The notes under the pieces: model-generated | Database searches by the model: none | What the model saw: the letters and a program-made list of their open reading frames with translations, nothing else | What the model was told of the DNA's origin: nothing | Virus record (IMG/VR): IMGVR_UViG_3300042197_001183 | Length of the DNA: 20,000 bases | Source of the DNA: an uncultured virus (IMG/VR IMGVR_UViG_3300042197_001183) | Taxonomy: Duplodnaviria > Heunggongvirae > Uroviricota > Caudoviricetes | Strand: one strand, 5' to 3' | Translations under genes and position numbers: made by a program | Shown here: positions 18,260 to 20,000 of the stretch, piece by piece | Layout of the letters: the number at the start of each line of letters is the position of its first letter | How positions within the stretch are numbered: the first letter of the stretch is position 1

Positions 18260-19431
18260 TGGATATCAAACCACCTTTAAAATACGAAATACGTAGGAAA
18301 TCAATTCCTAATTTAAAGTTGTATGCGGTTGATAAACCATATTGGTTCAATAGTTTAGGTGGTTTACTTGAGTTAACAAATACAGATTTAATTGATTCTT
18401 TAGATGGTTATATCATTTATAATGTTACGGGTGGTACAGTTTCTTCAGGTTATTATATTTGGTCTGGCGCAACTTTAGACGGGGCATCCTATGGTGATAC
18501 TGATTGTGATTTAAGTTTAAAATTATATGAATGGGAAAACATATCAAAATCCGAAGCATACGATGACCACGACATTCCTCTTTTTTTAGAGAGTTCGGTT
18601 GACGAAATGGGAGTGATGGTTGGATTTGATGGTCAAATTGAACAAGTTGAACAAATATGTAATTTTTCATATACACAGACAGGTAACACAGTATATGTGT
18701 ATAACACAATAGATACCACAAAAGTATCTGAAATATATGATATTAATTTCATAGTTGATTGGGGAGACGGGACTTCTTCAATATTAACCGCTACAGGTAT
18801 AACTGCAAATAAAACATATTCGTCAACAGGTGTAACAACAATATCAATTTCAGTTAACACACCATGGACACAATTTGAAACAAAAAAGATAATTCAAATA
18901 CCTTCAAATACCACAGTTCCCAATTCATTGGGAACGTTTTCAGGTTTCACAATTCCATATAGCAATATAACTGGTCAAACACAGGACTATCTTAATGACT
19001 ATGATAGTGATTGTGATGGGACATATACGGGTAACACTATATTTTATTATGCTTCAATTGGTAAAAGTAGAATTAACGAAAAGAAACTCTATGGTGGTAA
19101 CACATATACGGGAGTGACAACAGGAATAACAAATAATTTGGTTTATAGTGCGTATACAATTGATGATTTATATTATCGAGATTTTGAGGATGGTGTCACC
19201 ACGATTACTGGTGCAACATCTGGTTTTACAAAAGAAGAAGTGATTAATTGTGTTATAACAAGAAACGAACATTTCTTAGGATTTATTGATGAACCTGTGA
19301 TATATTCGGATATTTTTGTTGAAAGAGGTAAACAAGGTGTTCTTGAAAAAACATTTAGATTATCTGAGATTGAAAATACAGGGGAATTATCGTATTATGG
19401 TAATGGATATTTTAATATTAGAAAACAATAA
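18259..19431 (+). CDS. putative virion protein with a PKD/Ig-like domain, 390 aa
   Basis: TAATG overlap; PKD-like signature FIVDWGDGTS...KTYSSTGVTTISISV. Confidence 0.7.
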   Translation: MDIKPPLKYEIRRKSIPNLKLYAVDKPYWFNSLGGLLELTNTDLIDSLDGYIIYNVTGGTVSSGYYIWSGATLDGASYGDTDCDLSLKLYEWENISKSEAYDDHDIPLFLESSVDEMGVMVGFDGQIEQVEQICNFSYTQTGNTVYVYNTIDTTKVSEIYDINFIVDWGDGTSSILTATGITANKTYSSTGVTTISISVNTPWTQFETKKIIQIPSNTTVPNSLGTFSGFTIPYSNITGQTQDYLNDYDSDCDGTYTGNTIFYYASIGKSRINEKKLYGGNTYTGVTTGITNNLVYSAYTIDDLYYRDFEDGVTTITGATSGFTKEEVINCVITRNEHFLGFIDEPVIYSDIFVERGKQGVLEKTFRLSEIENTGELSYYGNGYFNIRKQ

Positions 19432-19437
19432 TTTTCA

Positions 19438-19449
19438 TATTTATAAATA
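19438..19449 (+). promoter_or_regulatory. TATTTATA motif (here within the palindrome TATTTATAAATA), putative late promoter
   Basis: In the 25-nt gap before ATG 19457; also contains the T4 late consensus TATAAATA at 19442-19449. Confidence 0.5.
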
Positions 19450-19456
19450 AAAACAA

Positions 19457-20000
19457 ATGGCAACGGGTTCTTACGGCATAATACGACCATCAGACATTTC
19501 ACCAGAAGATGTTGAAATTTATTTTCATTATGTTTCTGATAGGAATGCAACTTCTGATGTAACATTTAAAAGATTAAATTCTGTTGATGTTTTAACACCT
19601 GTTTATCATAATTCTGACACGACAGATGATACTTCAGCGCCGAATGTTGAAATATTAGGTGGTTTATATAATTTAAAACTTACCTCCGATGATTTTTCGG
19701 ATTTAGGTATATACACATTACACATAAGACCAAAACAAATTAGAACAACAATTACTGATTGTGGTATTTTGGCATCTTTACCTTCTGTTAGAGGTTTAAT
19801 TATTGATTTATCAAATGTCCCATCGGATGATAGAAATAAATTTACGCCTCAAGGATTAGTTGGATATAGAATTGAATACATTAATTCTTCCGATAATAAA
19901 AAAATACCTAATTTTTATAGGATTGTTACTTCTTCTTTTTATTGTACACCTATTGTTTCAAATTTAACAAGTACATCTCAAAAAGCTATAAGATATCAAT
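19457..20000 (+). CDS. hypothetical (probably structural) protein, 3'-truncated by the window edge; missing from the ORF track
   Basis: Open from ATG 19457 (MATGSYGIIRPSDISPEDVEIYFHY...) to the window end (...TSQKAIRYQ), 181 codons with no stop. Confidence 0.85.
   Translation, partial: MATGSYGIIRPSDISPEDVEIYFHYVSDRNATSDVTFKRLNSVDVLTPVYHNSDTTDDTSAPNVEILGGLYNLKLTSDDFSDLGIYTLHIRPKQIRTTITDCGILASLPSVRGLIIDLSNVPSDDRNKFTPQGLVGYRIEYINSSDNKKIPNFYRIVTSSFYCTPIVSNLTSTSQKAIRYQ

Noticed and set aside
881..18860. Short minus-strand and alternate-frame ORFs in the track (e.g. 881-1072, 2428-2613, 7636-7842, 9545-9970, 15347-15529, 18425-18721)
   Set aside because: All lie inside or across long, well-supported + strand genes and have no recognisable motifs; they are shadow ORFs.
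36..19431. All eleven complete genes end in TAA, raising possible TAG/TGA reassignment
   Set aside because: Genes are full-length and tightly packed under the standard code with no in-frame TAG/TGA, and TAA preference is expected at this AT content. There is no positive evidence of recoding.
1..20000. CRISPR arrays, tRNAs, DGR template/variable repeats, group I/II introns
   Set aside because: No repeat arrays, cloverleafs, long near-duplicate segments or frame-breaking insertions seen by eye; the only sizeable non-coding stretch is 8493-8707.

Overview
AT-rich (roughly 30% GC by eye) segment of a large contractile-tailed (myovirus-like) phage genome, with all credible genes on the + strand. 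The left half (36-8492) is a DNA-metabolism module: T4 RNase H-like 5'-3' exonuclease, a hypothetical protein, a DnaB/gp41-like helicase, and class Ia ribonucleotide reductase nrdB-nrdA. NrdA carries two LAGLIDADG inteins. The first is followed by Gly instead of the Cys/Ser/Thr needed for canonical splicing and sits in the specificity loop; the second sits just before the catalytic Cys. A ~215-nt gap holds a compact pseudoknotted RNA candidate, an intrinsic terminator and promoter-like motifs. The right half (8708-20000) is a virion module: gp25-like and gp6-like baseplate genes, a 1543-aa protein with a hydrophobic segment and a Cys-rich middle, and four more putative structural proteins, the last truncated by the window edge. 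The most notable signals are (i) a dispersed [S/T]-G-x-T tetrapeptide, 34 copies by hand count in four virion-module proteins versus 1 in the seven proteins upstream, a candidate modification sequon; (ii) the Gly+1 intein; (iii) the unassigned structured RNA after nrdA. A Bacteroidota host is suggested but is inference.
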